Part shown: one piece after another, positions 28,378 to 38,092 of the stretch
How the letters are laid out: every line of letters begins with the position of its first letter
How positions within the stretch are numbered: the first letter of the stretch is position 1
Virus record (IMG/VR): IMGVR_UViG_3300032093_000049
Span: 1-64,000 of that record
DNA from: a virus
DNA: 64,000 nt
Reading direction: 5' to 3' (one strand)
The notes under the pieces: generated by a model
Databases searched by the model: none
What the model was told of the DNA's origin: nothing
The model's input: only the letters and a program-made list of their open reading frames with translations
Translations under genes and position numbers: made by a program

Positions 28378-31300
28378 TACCTAGGAGAATATGTGTTTTT
28401 TGTATTTAGTATTTTAAGTATCATGTTTGTATCATTAGATACAGCCTTAGATAAATATAAGAAATTTAAGTAATGTCTAAACCTTTTTCTTTGAAGTTCA
28501 GGTTTAGAATAGTTTAGATTATCCGGGTTAAGATCTCTAACATAACCATTAGCTTCCGTGATCCACATATTTTGTGATTCAGTTGGGCCGTCAAGTATTG
28601 TTGTACCTGGTATTACAGGTCCTGTTGGTGGATAGTCTGAACCAATAGGAAACTCTCCACGGTCTTTTGTTATATCCCAGAACTGGTTAAATCTATACTT
28701 CTGTTCTTCTTTAGAGAATAATATATCTATAGAATCAAGATTTACTTGTGGGTACTGAAGTGACAGTGCAACATTATTTTTAGGGAACAGGTTTAGATTA
28801 AGATAACCCGAGACCTGTTCTGTATTATATACTACTGCCCTATCAAAGTTATAATCTAGTACATGAAACTGATCAATACAGTTTCCTTTCTTCCTTCTGT
28901 ATGCCTCTAGTATATATTCTATACTTTTTAATGTAGTAACAGTTTGGCCTAAAGAAATTGGCATTTCAATTTCAAACGGATAATCAACTCCATAGTAATT
29001 ACAGAATCTATCACACTGATAATTATGTTTCCATATACCATTAAGCTTAGTACTTAAGAAAGTATTCTTACCTGGCATAAGTAAATCAGGATGCCAGTCA
29101 TGGAAAGAAATCCAAAACTTAGACTTAGGATCAAAGCTTAGTGTCCATGATGCAGATTCAAATGCTGGATTGTCTGGATCATTAAGTTTAAATCTTGCTA
29201 TTTTGTCTATGACAAAATCATTAGTACTAGGATCATAAACAACTCTTCCTTCAAAACTATCTTTAAGTCTGTAATCTTTTTTTGTAAAGTACAGTACAGA
29301 GTTTAAGTTATCATATATTGCCTGACATCCTATACCTGCAACAGGATTGTCTGTATGTGGATAATCAGGGAAGTCTTTAATTAACTGATAAGGAAGATAT
29401 AATGTAAACCACCACTTCATACCTAGTTGAGAGATCTCATCAAGAGACCCGGCAAATGACATTATTTTTCCTTGATTCTGAGAAACGTAGTATGTACCTG
29501 CAGGAGTAGATATAATTGACCTTGCGTTTTGACATGAACCATATTCATATGGTTTGTCAGCTATAATAAGATTCTGTGGTGCTTGTGCAAAAAGTCCCCC
29601 GTCACCTATTGTAATCTTTGTACCTGCATCTGTTTCTAATTGGTCAACTCCTTGGAATACAACAGGACTTGAGTTTTTAAATGTAATGAGTATACCTGTT
29701 TTAGCAAAGTTCTTAACTGCAGATATTTGATCTTTAAACTCTCTATAGTTACTTGCTAGATATAAAAACCAACCATCAAAAGAATTATTAATTGGTCTTC
29801 CTACAGGATCTGCAGTAGGGAAAGAATATAAAATTCTGTCTGGATAATATGTGTAGCACAAGCTAGATACTTTAGGATCATAGTATCTATTTTGTAAGTT
29901 ACCTCTTGAAAAATAATCTGTATAAAACTTTGATATACTTAATGACTGATCATATGCATAATAATCTCCCCGTGTAATTATACTAGGGTTCATATTAAAC
30001 ATGGCAGTTAGTTCACCAAACCCATATGGGTTGTAATATTTTTCACCATCAGTAAGACCTTGGTTTCTGAAGTTGACTAGTATTTCTGTTTCTACAAAAA
30101 AGTCTCTTACACCAGATACAGCCAAATAGAAAAATGATTCTTTTACACCAAAGAAACCTGGATAGTTACCGGGATCATCATTAGAATAATTATAGTTTTC
30201 ATTATCAAGATTAAAATAACTTTGAGGAAGTACACCTGTAGACGGTGTGGTTAAGTTACTTAAATCTGTGATTTCGGCTAGTGCCCCATTAAAATCATAC
30301 TTTTGACTGTTTAACCAGAACCTAGGTTGTGCAATATTTTGTCTTTGGAAATAATCATACTCTATACCAAATGGTTGTGCATATAACCATTCCCAGAAAA
30401 ACAGCATTGTATTTTTTTCTGTGTATCTACAAACATATGTGTCACCACCAAATATAACTGGAGTTGTACGTATTTTCTTTTGTACATACTGTTGTGGACA
30501 TGCAAGAGTACCACCTACTATTGAAGCAGGTAAATCAAAATAATTAAACTTTTGTTCACAAGGTGTAATAGGTATTTGTTTAATAGACTCAAGTTGTCCA
30601 TACTGACTTCTGATTCTTACTTTTATAGCAGCATAATGACTTGCAATATTTTTAGAAAACTCAATTTGCGGATCCTTAAAAGTTGGTCCTAAATCATTTT
30701 GATAAGGATTGCTTAGAGTAACTAATGAGCTATCTTGTTGTGCACCTGTTATGTATGCTGGACCTGTTGTTACTCCAGCACCATTTGTAGTTCTAATAAA
30801 AGCTGTCTCAGGTCTATTAATATTGTTTATGCTATAAGCTATAAAATCATTGGTAGTGTTGTTTTCAAAATAGCGTGGTACTCTTTGGATATTATTTCTT
30901 AAGTAAAATGAATCAGCAATTTTATATCTTTTACCATTTGCACTTGGGGCAAAAGCCATATCAGAATAAAATCCTTCAGAAATCATTTGTAATGCATATT
31001 GCCTGTATGGCATAAATGCATAGAATAATCTAAATATAAGATCTGAACCTTCCGCAAAATAATACAATACATATTGTAGTCCACCAATTGCTCTTAAGAA
31101 ACCAGGAGCATAAGCAAAGTCTGGTGCTTCAATAGAACCTGCAGGTAGTATTGGACCAAGACCTGTAACTGATGATGTACTGCTTATTGCTTGAATTAAT
31201 GAATCTTGTGCAGTTGCATATGATGTAGCACCATAACCACCTCCTAATGCTAAAACTGCATCTGCTAATGGAACAAGGTTACCATAGTAGTTTCCTAAGA

Positions 31301-33665
31301 AACTGTTATATAAAAAGATTGGTCCTCCAGGTGCACTTAATCCTGCAATTGCTGCAGATTGTGCTGCGTTACCTACTACAGCACCTCCTGGTATATTTTG
31401 CATTGCAGCTTCTATTTCAGGAGAATTAAATGTTCTTTTACCAACAAGAGATATGATAGCTTCAATTGCTCCACCCACAAATGCAACAGTTGCAACTATA
31501 TTACTTATAAGTTTATGTTCTGGATGTTGATTAGGATATATAAACTTTTGTGTTGAATTTCCATATAGGCTGCCGTATAACTTAAGTTCTGTACTAGACA
31601 GATATGGGTTTTTAAAATTTAAGTCTGGTGCATGAAATGTCATTACATCTCTTGGCACTTGTTGGTAATCATACAATACATTACCGTTTTCATCTACCGT
31701 TTTGATATATGGGTCAGTAAAGCTACCTGAATATTGTTGTGGATAAATTGTATTATAAGGATAATTAGGGTAAAGACCCTGTGTTTTATCAGCAGCGGCC
31801 TGACCAACAATCTTATATGTTCTAAGATTGTTTAGCATTCCTTTTGCAATTATAGTTCTGTTACCTTCTCTTGATCCTCTAAGAATTTCATATCCTACAA
31901 TTCCTGGTATATCATTACCATCATTATCTTTAGGGTAAGTAATGTTTTTAAACACCACTCCCATGAGTCTAATAGTATTTGTTGCTCCTAGTGTACCTGC
32001 GTTACCACCAGAAGAAAAATGACACGTAACATCTGTTTGTGTATCATAAATAAAGTTTTCAGGAAACTTATGATGTCTTATAGGTTTTCCACAAAGATCA
32101 TAATCAGTATTAGATGTACCTGTCCAACAATGATATGTTGAGTTCCATATATCAGGTCTGTTATCAGGATATATTTCTGATGACTCCCAATATCCCATAT
32201 CACCTGATGCAATAACAACTCCTCCATCCGGTAATGTAGATTGTGTTAATGATGTTATTGAGGCAGTATTTATTACTTCAAATAATTGTTCTTGATCTGA
32301 AGGAGTACTAAACAATGTGTTTATATCATTATAAGGAACTGTTTCAAGCTGTCCTTGAAAATTTCTTGGTGCTCTTCCAGGTATGTGATAAGATGAAGAT
32401 TTATCTCCAGTATCATATACCCAACGGATAAAGAAGGCATACGTCTCATCACGGAGATAACTTGTATTAGAACCTCCTTTAATATAATAGTCTTCAGGAT
32501 ATTCTACTGATACCCAATCTGCCTTAATTAAATTTGCAAGTGGTTGATAATTAAAATCAAATTTTGATCTGGGACCAACTCTTAAAAGATAATTATTAAC
32601 CTCTATCATTTGATCAGATCTTTCAAATACAGGTGTCTGAACCGGTAAAAAATCAATAGGTTCCGTTATTAACTCTGTTTTGATTTGATCAATATAGATT
32701 ATATTAGTTTTAGTAGAATAAATACCATAACGTTTAGCTACTGTATTCTGATTTACATATTGAATTATACAAAGTATAAATTCATCAAAATGTTCATCAT
32801 CTGCTTCTACTTCTAGTTCTAAGGCACCTTGTGGTTCAGACTCAAACCAAATAGGTTGTACGTTACTTGGAGAGAACCAGTCAGTAACCTTTTCTCCTTT
32901 TATACTATACGCAATACAAGCTGAATATGATCCATTAAATAAAGTACCACCTGCTTTACCAAATCTAAGATTAAGGCATGGTGTCTTCATTAAACGTGCT
33001 AGTCTAAGTTTATCACAATTTAATGTAGTAAGGTTAGTACATATTGTACAGCTATCAACAATATTACACTCTTGATTCCAAGGAACTCCTGGCCATTGTT
33101 TTGTGTTTCCTGCAGTATTAGCATAAGTGTTATTTCCTATCCATTCATAGTCATCAGAAGGCCAAGTCTGTGGATCACCTATGTTGAGATATCTATCTGG
33201 GTTTAATGCATCTGCAAAATATACTGCCCAAGAACAATCTTCTTTTTCTCTTGATGCACCCGTAATAAGATTTAGTTCATTAAGGTTAAGACAAGGATCT
33301 TGTACAATAGGTCTGTATCTACAAACATCTTCTTCAAATAATCCTATCTCTGAGTTTATAGATGCAAGTTGACCAGGCACATGTACAGCAGTAAAAATCA
33401 CCCATTTGTCACTGTAAAGATGTATAGTCCCTACTATCACCTTTTTCCCGTTAGTAATAGTCTCTCCTGAAATACCACAAATATAATTGGCAGCTTCATT
33501 TGATATTGTACCTAAGTCTCCCTCAGCAGTATTGTTAACTGCATTACGAGCATGAGTCCACATTCCATCTGTAACAAATGATGGATCAGAATCCTTATTG
33601 AGACCTTTTATAAAAGTTTCAGTAACAGTTTGTATTATATTTTGAGGTCCAGATTTTTTTGCCAT
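28377..33665 (-). CDS. Muzzle / tail stabilisation protein (crAss-like, P22 gp10-like)
   Basis: N-terminal F.KGLNKD...ARNAVN motif, YLRDETYAFFIRW and WISFHDW motifs; size and position after the ring proteins fit this family. Confidence 0.75.
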   Translation of the reverse strand: MAKKSGPQNIIQTVTETFIKGLNKDSDPSFVTDGMWTHARNAVNNTAEGDLGTISNEAANYICGISGETITNGKKVIVGTIHLYSDKWVIFTAVHVPGQLASINSEIGLFEEDVCRYRPIVQDPCLNLNELNLITGASREKEDCSWAVYFADALNPDRYLNIGDPQTWPSDDYEWIGNNTYANTAGNTKQWPGVPWNQECNIVDSCTICTNLTTLNCDKLRLARLMKTPCLNLRFGKAGGTLFNGSYSACIAYSIKGEKVTDWFSPSNVQPIWFESEPQGALELEVEADDEHFDEFILCIIQYVNQNTVAKRYGIYSTKTNIIYIDQIKTELITEPIDFLPVQTPVFERSDQMIEVNNYLLRVGPRSKFDFNYQPLANLIKADWVSVEYPEDYYIKGGSNTSYLRDETYAFFIRWVYDTGDKSSSYHIPGRAPRNFQGQLETVPYNDINTLFSTPSDQEQLFEVINTASITSLTQSTLPDGGVVIASGDMGYWESSEIYPDNRPDIWNSTYHCWTGTSNTDYDLCGKPIRHHKFPENFIYDTQTDVTCHFSSGGNAGTLGATNTIRLMGVVFKNITYPKDNDGNDIPGIVGYEILRGSREGNRTIIAKGMLNNLRTYKIVGQAAADKTQGLYPNYPYNTIYPQQYSGSFTDPYIKTVDENGNVLYDYQQVPRDVMTFHAPDLNFKNPYLSSTELKLYGSLYGNSTQKFIYPNQHPEHKLISNIVATVAFVGGAIEAIISLVGKRTFNSPEIEAAMQNIPGGAVVGNAAQSAAIAGLSAPGGPIFLYNSFLGNYYGNLVPLADAVLALGGGYGATSYATAQDSLIQAISSTSSVTGLGPILPAGSIEAPDFAYAPGFLRAIGGLQYVLYYFAEGSDLIFRLFYAFMPYRQYALQMISEGFYSDMAFAPSANGKRYKIADSFYLRNNIQRVPRYFENNTTNDFIAYSINNINRPETAFIRTTNGAGVTTGPAYITGAQQDSSLVTLSNPYQNDLGPTFKDPQIEFSKNIASHYAAIKVRIRSQYGQLESIKQIPITPCEQKFNYFDLPASIVGGTLACPQQYVQKKIRTTPVIFGGDTYVCRYTEKNTMLFFWEWLYAQPFGIEYDYFQRQNIAQPRFWLNSQKYDFNGALAEITDLSNLTTPSTGVLPQSYFNLDNENYNYSNDDPGNYPGFFGVKESFFYLAVSGVRDFFVETEILVNFRNQGLTDGEKYYNPYGFGELTAMFNMNPSIITRGDYYAYDQSLSISKFYTDYFSRGNLQNRYYDPKVSSLCYTYYPDRILYSFPTADPVGRPINNSFDGWFLYLASNYREFKDQISAVKNFAKTGILITFKNSSPVVFQGVDQLETDAGTKITIGDGGLFAQAPQNLIIADKPYEYGSCQNARSIISTPAGTYYVSQNQGKIMSFAGSLDEISQLGMKWWFTLYLPYQLIKDFPDYPHTDNPVAGIGCQAIYDNLNSVLYFTKKDYRLKDSFEGRVVYDPSTNDFVIDKIARFKLNDPDNPAFESASWTLSFDPKSKFWISFHDWHPDLLMPGKNTFLSTKLNGIWKHNYQCDRFCNYYGVDYPFEIEMPISLGQTVTTLKSIEYILEAYRRKKGNCIDQFHVLDYNFDRAVVYNTEQVSGYLNLNLFPKNNVALSLQYPQVNLDSIDILFSKEEQKYRFNQFWDITKDRGEFPIGSDYPPTGPVIPGTTILDGPTESQNMWITEANGYVRDLNPDNLNYSKPELQRKRFRHYLNFLYLSKAVSNDTNMILKILNTKNTYSPR

Positions 33666-33667
33666 GA

Positions 33668-34711
33668 TTACCTTACAATTACATTACCTGTATGATACTT
33701 ATAATATAGAGGATCAACATTGTAACTCTTAAACATGTTATAGTACTTACCATACATTGCTTTACGGTTATTCCACCACACCTTCTTCATCTCTTCAAAG
33801 TTAGGTGTATTAACCAAACTTACTGCTTGGTTTCTAGCAGCTCTTAATCTTTGTTCTATAAGTGCAATTTTTTGACTTACATCTTCACCATTAAGATATA
33901 GATTCTCAAGTATTCTTTGCTTGAGTGCATATTCATAATACTCATTAAGAAGTTCATGGTCTGGAACAAGAAGGTTACCCTCATCATCTTCTAATGTACT
34001 TTGGTAGTTAAGATATACTTTACCGGTAACAAAAGATGTAAACAAGAATCCATCTTTTATCCATCCTTCATTGGGAGTATTAAAGTAAAGATTAGGGCAG
34101 TCACATTCTATATTTTGACTAGCCTTCATCCTAAGTGGAATAAGCACTCTATATAATCTAGTTTGAGCCGCATTAACAATCTGTATAAGCTCATATGAGT
34201 CACCTTTACAATTCATAAATACACGTGGTCTTATACATGTATTTCCATAAGGTGAGTTAGGATCATACTGTCCAGGAATATAATCACCTGGAGGTCTTAC
34301 TTGTCCTAAACATCCTGCTGTGTTATTACAGGGATGAGAGTTACACACAGAACAATTTACTGTAGGTGCATTACATGTATCTACACTAAGTGGTGTTTCT
34401 TGATATGGTACTTCTTGAACATTAGTTCCTCCAATATTATAACCAGTCCTTACTTCATACTCTCCACAGATAAGTGCAAAGTTGAATGTATAAAAGTTAT
34501 CAGGAAGCTTTACTCTACCGTGTTCAACTTCAAGTATAGTCTCTCTTGTTTGGTTTACTCTCAATCCTAAATCATAGTTTATCCTTCTAGCAACTTTAAT
34601 TAGTGTTTGAGGATCTAGCATATTCTCAAGAGCATACGTGTTGAAGTCAACTGTTACATCTTCAAACAGTTGATCAAACGTGCGGTATTTTAGTGTATAA
34701 TTAAAGTCCAT
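33668..34711 (-). CDS. Tail ring / tubular adaptor protein
   Basis: Directly upstream of the muzzle gene; VKLPDNF...GKVYLNYQS..DDEGNLLVPD motif typical of crAss-like ring proteins. Confidence 0.65.
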   Translation of the reverse strand: MDFNYTLKYRTFDQLFEDVTVDFNTYALENMLDPQTLIKVARRINYDLGLRVNQTRETILEVEHGRVKLPDNFYTFNFALICGEYEVRTGYNIGGTNVQEVPYQETPLSVDTCNAPTVNCSVCNSHPCNNTAGCLGQVRPPGDYIPGQYDPNSPYGNTCIRPRVFMNCKGDSYELIQIVNAAQTRLYRVLIPLRMKASQNIECDCPNLYFNTPNEGWIKDGFLFTSFVTGKVYLNYQSTLEDDEGNLLVPDHELLNEYYEYALKQRILENLYLNGEDVSQKIALIEQRLRAARNQAVSLVNTPNFEEMKKVWWNNRKAMYGKYYNMFKSYNVDPLYYKYHTGNVIVR

Positions 34712-35385
34712 TATCTAAGTATATTTTGACTATCATCTTCACTATCTACTGGTATCTTAGCAAGCATACTAAGTTCTTGTATTGTGAACTGTTCTATTTC
34801 TGAAAATAAATATTCAGGAAAAGGAAGTTGCTGGTCTTGTTTTGCTATACATTGATTTGTGTCTGTTTCACACAAGAAGTCTGCTCTGTCACCTTCAAAT
34901 ATTCCTTCAACTTTAATTGCTTCCCACTCTACATTGGGTAAGTACAAGTAACCGTTTAAATACCAGAAATACTTTTTCTTATTATACTTGAAGTTAGTAG
35001 TCTTAGTCATAGAAACATAAGTACCCGGTTCTGTTCTCATAAGCTCAATCTCACCATCAATGGATGACACTGTTCTCAGAACTGGGCCAAACATACCCTC
35101 AAAAAGTTGAGGGAGTTTTTCTTTAGTACGTTTAATAGTACAACCTGAGTAGACACCTGTACACTGTGCCTCAATCTTATCAACTTCAATAAGCTCAACA
35201 AAAGGAAGATTTGTAAAAAGAGAACTAATCTTCATTAGTCTGTTTTGATTGTCTTCTCTCTTAAGGAGAGTTTTACCGTATTTGATTATAGCAAAGTAAA
35301 TAGTTCTATCAGTTAGGAATGGATCTTCCTTAACTGCTTTAAGTGTATTTCTTACTCTTGATATTGCTTCTCCTATTGTTGTCAT
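34711..35385 (-). CDS. Tail ring protein
   Basis: RTKEKLP...YFWYLNGYLY...GIFE...PFPEYL pattern and position between the IHF-like and ring genes. Confidence 0.6.
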   Translation of the reverse strand: MTTIGEAISRVRNTLKAVKEDPFLTDRTIYFAIIKYGKTLLKREDNQNRLMKISSLFTNLPFVELIEVDKIEAQCTGVYSGCTIKRTKEKLPQLFEGMFGPVLRTVSSIDGEIELMRTEPGTYVSMTKTTNFKYNKKKYFWYLNGYLYLPNVEWEAIKVEGIFEGDRADFLCETDTNQCIAKQDQQLPFPEYLFSEIEQFTIQELSMLAKIPVDSEDDSQNILR

Positions 35386-35969
35386 AAATCAAGCTCGTTA
35401 TATGTATCAAGTCTCATTAGTGTATCCATCTGCATACGTTCTTTGTATATCTGTTTCTTATACTTCTCTCTAAGTTTTTTAACAGAATCTACTTGAACAT
35501 ATATTGTCCAGTTTTCTGGGTATGTTTTGGCTACACTCCTTTTAAAGTTTCTACAAGGAATAAAACCCCAACACTCTCTATTTTGAAACTTAAAGTTGGT
35601 ACTATAGCTTGTATAAAATATCTTAGCTAGCTTACCATCAGTTTCCCAATTTTTATTAGTGACTGTTACTCCATATTTTTTAGACTTTGCAAAATCTATG
35701 TTTTGTCTAAATGGAGATTGACAAGTGCCAATAAAAATTATTCCTATTCCTTCTGGAAGTTGAACCCCGTCTCTAGTTTCTATTACTTCCTTCCAAACAG
35801 TTTCATTAAATGTTTTAACAATTTTATTTATCTCAGATTCAGTAAGGTTTGCATACTTAGGATACTTTTGTTTTAACTGTTTTAAAAACTCAGCATCTAT
35901 AATACTCACACCGTTTTGTCTGAATCTTGGTGCCTTTACATTTGGTTCTTTATATTCTTTTGTAACCAT
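35382..35969 (-). CDS. HU/IHF-like DNA-binding protein
   Basis: Helix-turn-helix followed by GVQLPEGIGIIFIG (HU/IHF VxLxGFGxF-like); basic; position conserved in crAss-like tail modules. Confidence 0.55.
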   Translation of the reverse strand: MVTKEYKEPNVKAPRFRQNGVSIIDAEFLKQLKQKYPKYANLTESEINKIVKTFNETVWKEVIETRDGVQLPEGIGIIFIGTCQSPFRQNIDFAKSKKYGVTVTNKNWETDGKLAKIFYTSYSTNFKFQNRECWGFIPCRNFKRSVAKTYPENWTIYVQVDSVKKLREKYKKQIYKERMQMDTLMRLDTYNELDL

Positions 35970-35982
35970 CTATACTCTATTT

Positions 35983-35993
35983 AATATACGAAA
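35983..35993 (-). promoter_or_regulatory. Candidate late promoter motif TTTCGTATATT
   Basis: Same motif, just downstream of a terminator and 13 nt upstream of the 35969 ATG. Confidence 0.55.
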
Positions 35994-36018
35994 AATTAAG
36001 GACTATAGCAAATATATG

Positions 36019-36058
36019 AAAAATAGAAAACCCCGGACTCTCTTGTCCAGGGTCTTCC
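36019..36058 (-). terminator. Probable intrinsic terminator
   Basis: Minus strand GGAAGACCCTGGAC-AAGAGA-GTCCGGGGTTTTCT-ATTTTT: hairpin (with G-U pairs) plus U tract downstream of the 36096 gene. Confidence 0.65.
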
Positions 36059-36095
36059 GTGTTTGTCACAGAACCAACAAACCTGCAACATATCT

Positions 36096-36581
36096 TTAAC
36101 CTATGACTATAATTCTTGTTGAACCACCAGCATCTGTTCTTGATACATTTAAACTATTGGCCGTATAACTGTTAACTACATAATCAGTCCCATGAACGAG
36201 TAGTGTATTAGATGCATCATCAATAAGTTGTACAGTCACAAAAGTAGAATTTAGATTATGATTGATAGGTACAACTGCTAGTGTAGCTAATACTAAAGTG
36301 TCAGTATACTTAAAAGCATTAGGTACAGGAAGGTTATCAATAACTCCACAGAAGTATGTAACAAGATCTTCTAATGCTAAAGCTACTGATGTATTTTGTG
36401 CAATTACAACATCTTGACCACATTCTAAATCTGGACCTGTATATACAATACACTGTGCATCAAATACCTCTGAGCATGGTTGAGGATCAGGACAGTTCTC
36501 AGGAGTTGGGCACGGTGGTGGAGTTGTAAGATAAGTCTCACATCCACACTTTCCTAAATGACCACATGTTTTATTTGCCAT
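36096..36581 (-). CDS. Cys-rich structural protein (putative short fibre/hub-docking protein)
   Basis: Cys/Pro-rich N-terminus; CIVYTGPDLEC motif shared with the next gene; C-terminal INHNLNS..VTVQL beta domain. Confidence 0.5.
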   Translation of the reverse strand: MANKTCGHLGKCGCETYLTTPPPCPTPENCPDPQPCSEVFDAQCIVYTGPDLECGQDVVIAQNTSVALALEDLVTYFCGVIDNLPVPNAFKYTDTLVLATLAVVPINHNLNSTFVTVQLIDDASNTLLVHGTDYVVNSYTANSLNVSRTDAGGSTRIIVIG

Positions 36582-36585
36582 GATA

Positions 36586-38061
36586 TTATCTTATTTCTTC
36601 TATGTAAAATTGTGCTTGAAGCAAGTATCCAACTAATGATGGTGGAGTACCTTTGCTTCTAAATTTAAGTTCTACTGACTCTCCATTAGCAAGTGTAACT
36701 TTTTTAAAGAAGGATACATTTCTAGGAAGTCTTGCAGTTAAAAACTGAAATTCAGTATCATTAGTACTAGGAACTGTCTGAAGTGTTTCAGCAGAAGTTA
36801 GGTTGACTGGATTACCTCCTGAATCAACCATAGATCCTACTAAACGTGTTTCTCCTGCAGAACTATATAATTGAACCACTCCATTTTTAAATAATCCGCC
36901 ATCAACAACATTCCTTATTTCAGCTTCATTTGGAGCAGTAACAAAGAAATCTGAATCATAAGAGACTCTTACAAAAAAGTCTTTTGATACTCCTGAAGTA
37001 TTTGTATAACTTAATCCTGTATAACCAGTAGGTTGAAAGTATGTTGAATCTACATATCCAGGGTCACTAGAAAGTTGAATTGGTGTAGTTGCTTCAGCAT
37101 AATAGTTCAGAATAGGAGCTCGTCCTACATTATACGTTGTTAGTGCACCGGCTACAGTAGTAGTTACTGTTATATCATTTGATGCAGTTACATTGTATTG
37201 CATCAGTTCAATATTCCTAACATCACACAATGCTACCCAAATGTTTCTAATAGAGTCTGCAAGTGAAGCAGGTGTTGCCACCCATGATCCTGCATACTGA
37301 ATTGACATAATAGTAGGACTAGTGTACTGATTTATTAATGCAGTATCTGTACTGAGTACACACTGAGATGCTACAGCTGTTGTTAAATCTCCTGCAGTTC
37401 CACCTACTCCTACAAGTGCAACATTCATTGGGCACCAAACATTATTAATAAACTCTTCAAGAATTTCATTAATAGGGAATGTTGCTGGAGATACAAGCGT
37501 ACCGATGTCACATTGAATTTCAAACTCAGGTGTTGTATAGTTAGTAAGACCTGCTACTGTTGTTTGAAGTGTAGTTACTTGAGTTTGCAAACTAGATATA
37601 GAAGCATTAATAACACTAATCTCTGTTATTAAATCACAAATCTTATTTGCTATCTGTTGCACATATGTTACAAGACTTACTGTTCCTCCACCAAAACATG
37701 GAGCTGCAAGCATTAAGTAATCTGTAACAAGTGCTGATCTAGTTGTATCTGTAGTAGTAGTTGTAGTAGTAACTGTAGCTGGATCTATATTCTCAAGTGC
37801 ACAAATTCTATTTATCAAAAACTGAATAAGTTCTTGAAAGTTATTTGGACCACAACTAGCAAGATTAAAACAACTAAGATCATATCCAGATACTTTTAAG
37901 TAATCTAGAATTGTACATAGTTCTGTTGCTAACTTAAAAGTAACATCAGATATAGTATCTCCCTTACATAGATTAATGCAAGGAATATCTTCACCTGCCC
38001 AAATTACACAATTGGATGCTATTGGTGAACAAGGTGAGTTATCTAAGTTTAAAGGCTTCAT
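36586..38061 (-). CDS. Putative tail fibre/spike protein with Cys-rich N-terminus and coiled coil
   Basis: CVIWAGEDIPC motif, helical Cys repeats (ELC, RIC, KIC, ALC), heptad stretch ISSLQTQVTTLQTTV, beta-rich C-terminus. Confidence 0.55.
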   Translation of the reverse strand: MKPLNLDNSPCSPIASNCVIWAGEDIPCINLCKGDTISDVTFKLATELCTILDYLKVSGYDLSCFNLASCGPNNFQELIQFLINRICALENIDPATVTTTTTTTDTTRSALVTDYLMLAAPCFGGGTVSLVTYVQQIANKICDLITEISVINASISSLQTQVTTLQTTVAGLTNYTTPEFEIQCDIGTLVSPATFPINEILEEFINNVWCPMNVALVGVGGTAGDLTTAVASQCVLSTDTALINQYTSPTIMSIQYAGSWVATPASLADSIRNIWVALCDVRNIELMQYNVTASNDITVTTTVAGALTTYNVGRAPILNYYAEATTPIQLSSDPGYVDSTYFQPTGYTGLSYTNTSGVSKDFFVRVSYDSDFFVTAPNEAEIRNVVDGGLFKNGVVQLYSSAGETRLVGSMVDSGGNPVNLTSAETLQTVPSTNDTEFQFLTARLPRNVSFFKKVTLANGESVELKFRSKGTPPSLVGYLLQAQFYIEEIR

Positions 38062-38067
38062 ATATAT

Positions 38068-38078
38068 AATATACTAAA
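38068..38078 (-). promoter_or_regulatory. Candidate late promoter motif TTTAGTATATT
   Basis: Same motif, 6 nt upstream of the 38061 ATG. Confidence 0.5.
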
Positions 38079-38092
38079 TTTTACTTACTTAT

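Noticed and set aside
37741-37780. GTA/TAG trinucleotide run as a phase-variable microsatellite
   Set aside because: It is imperfect and in frame, and encodes a Thr linker.
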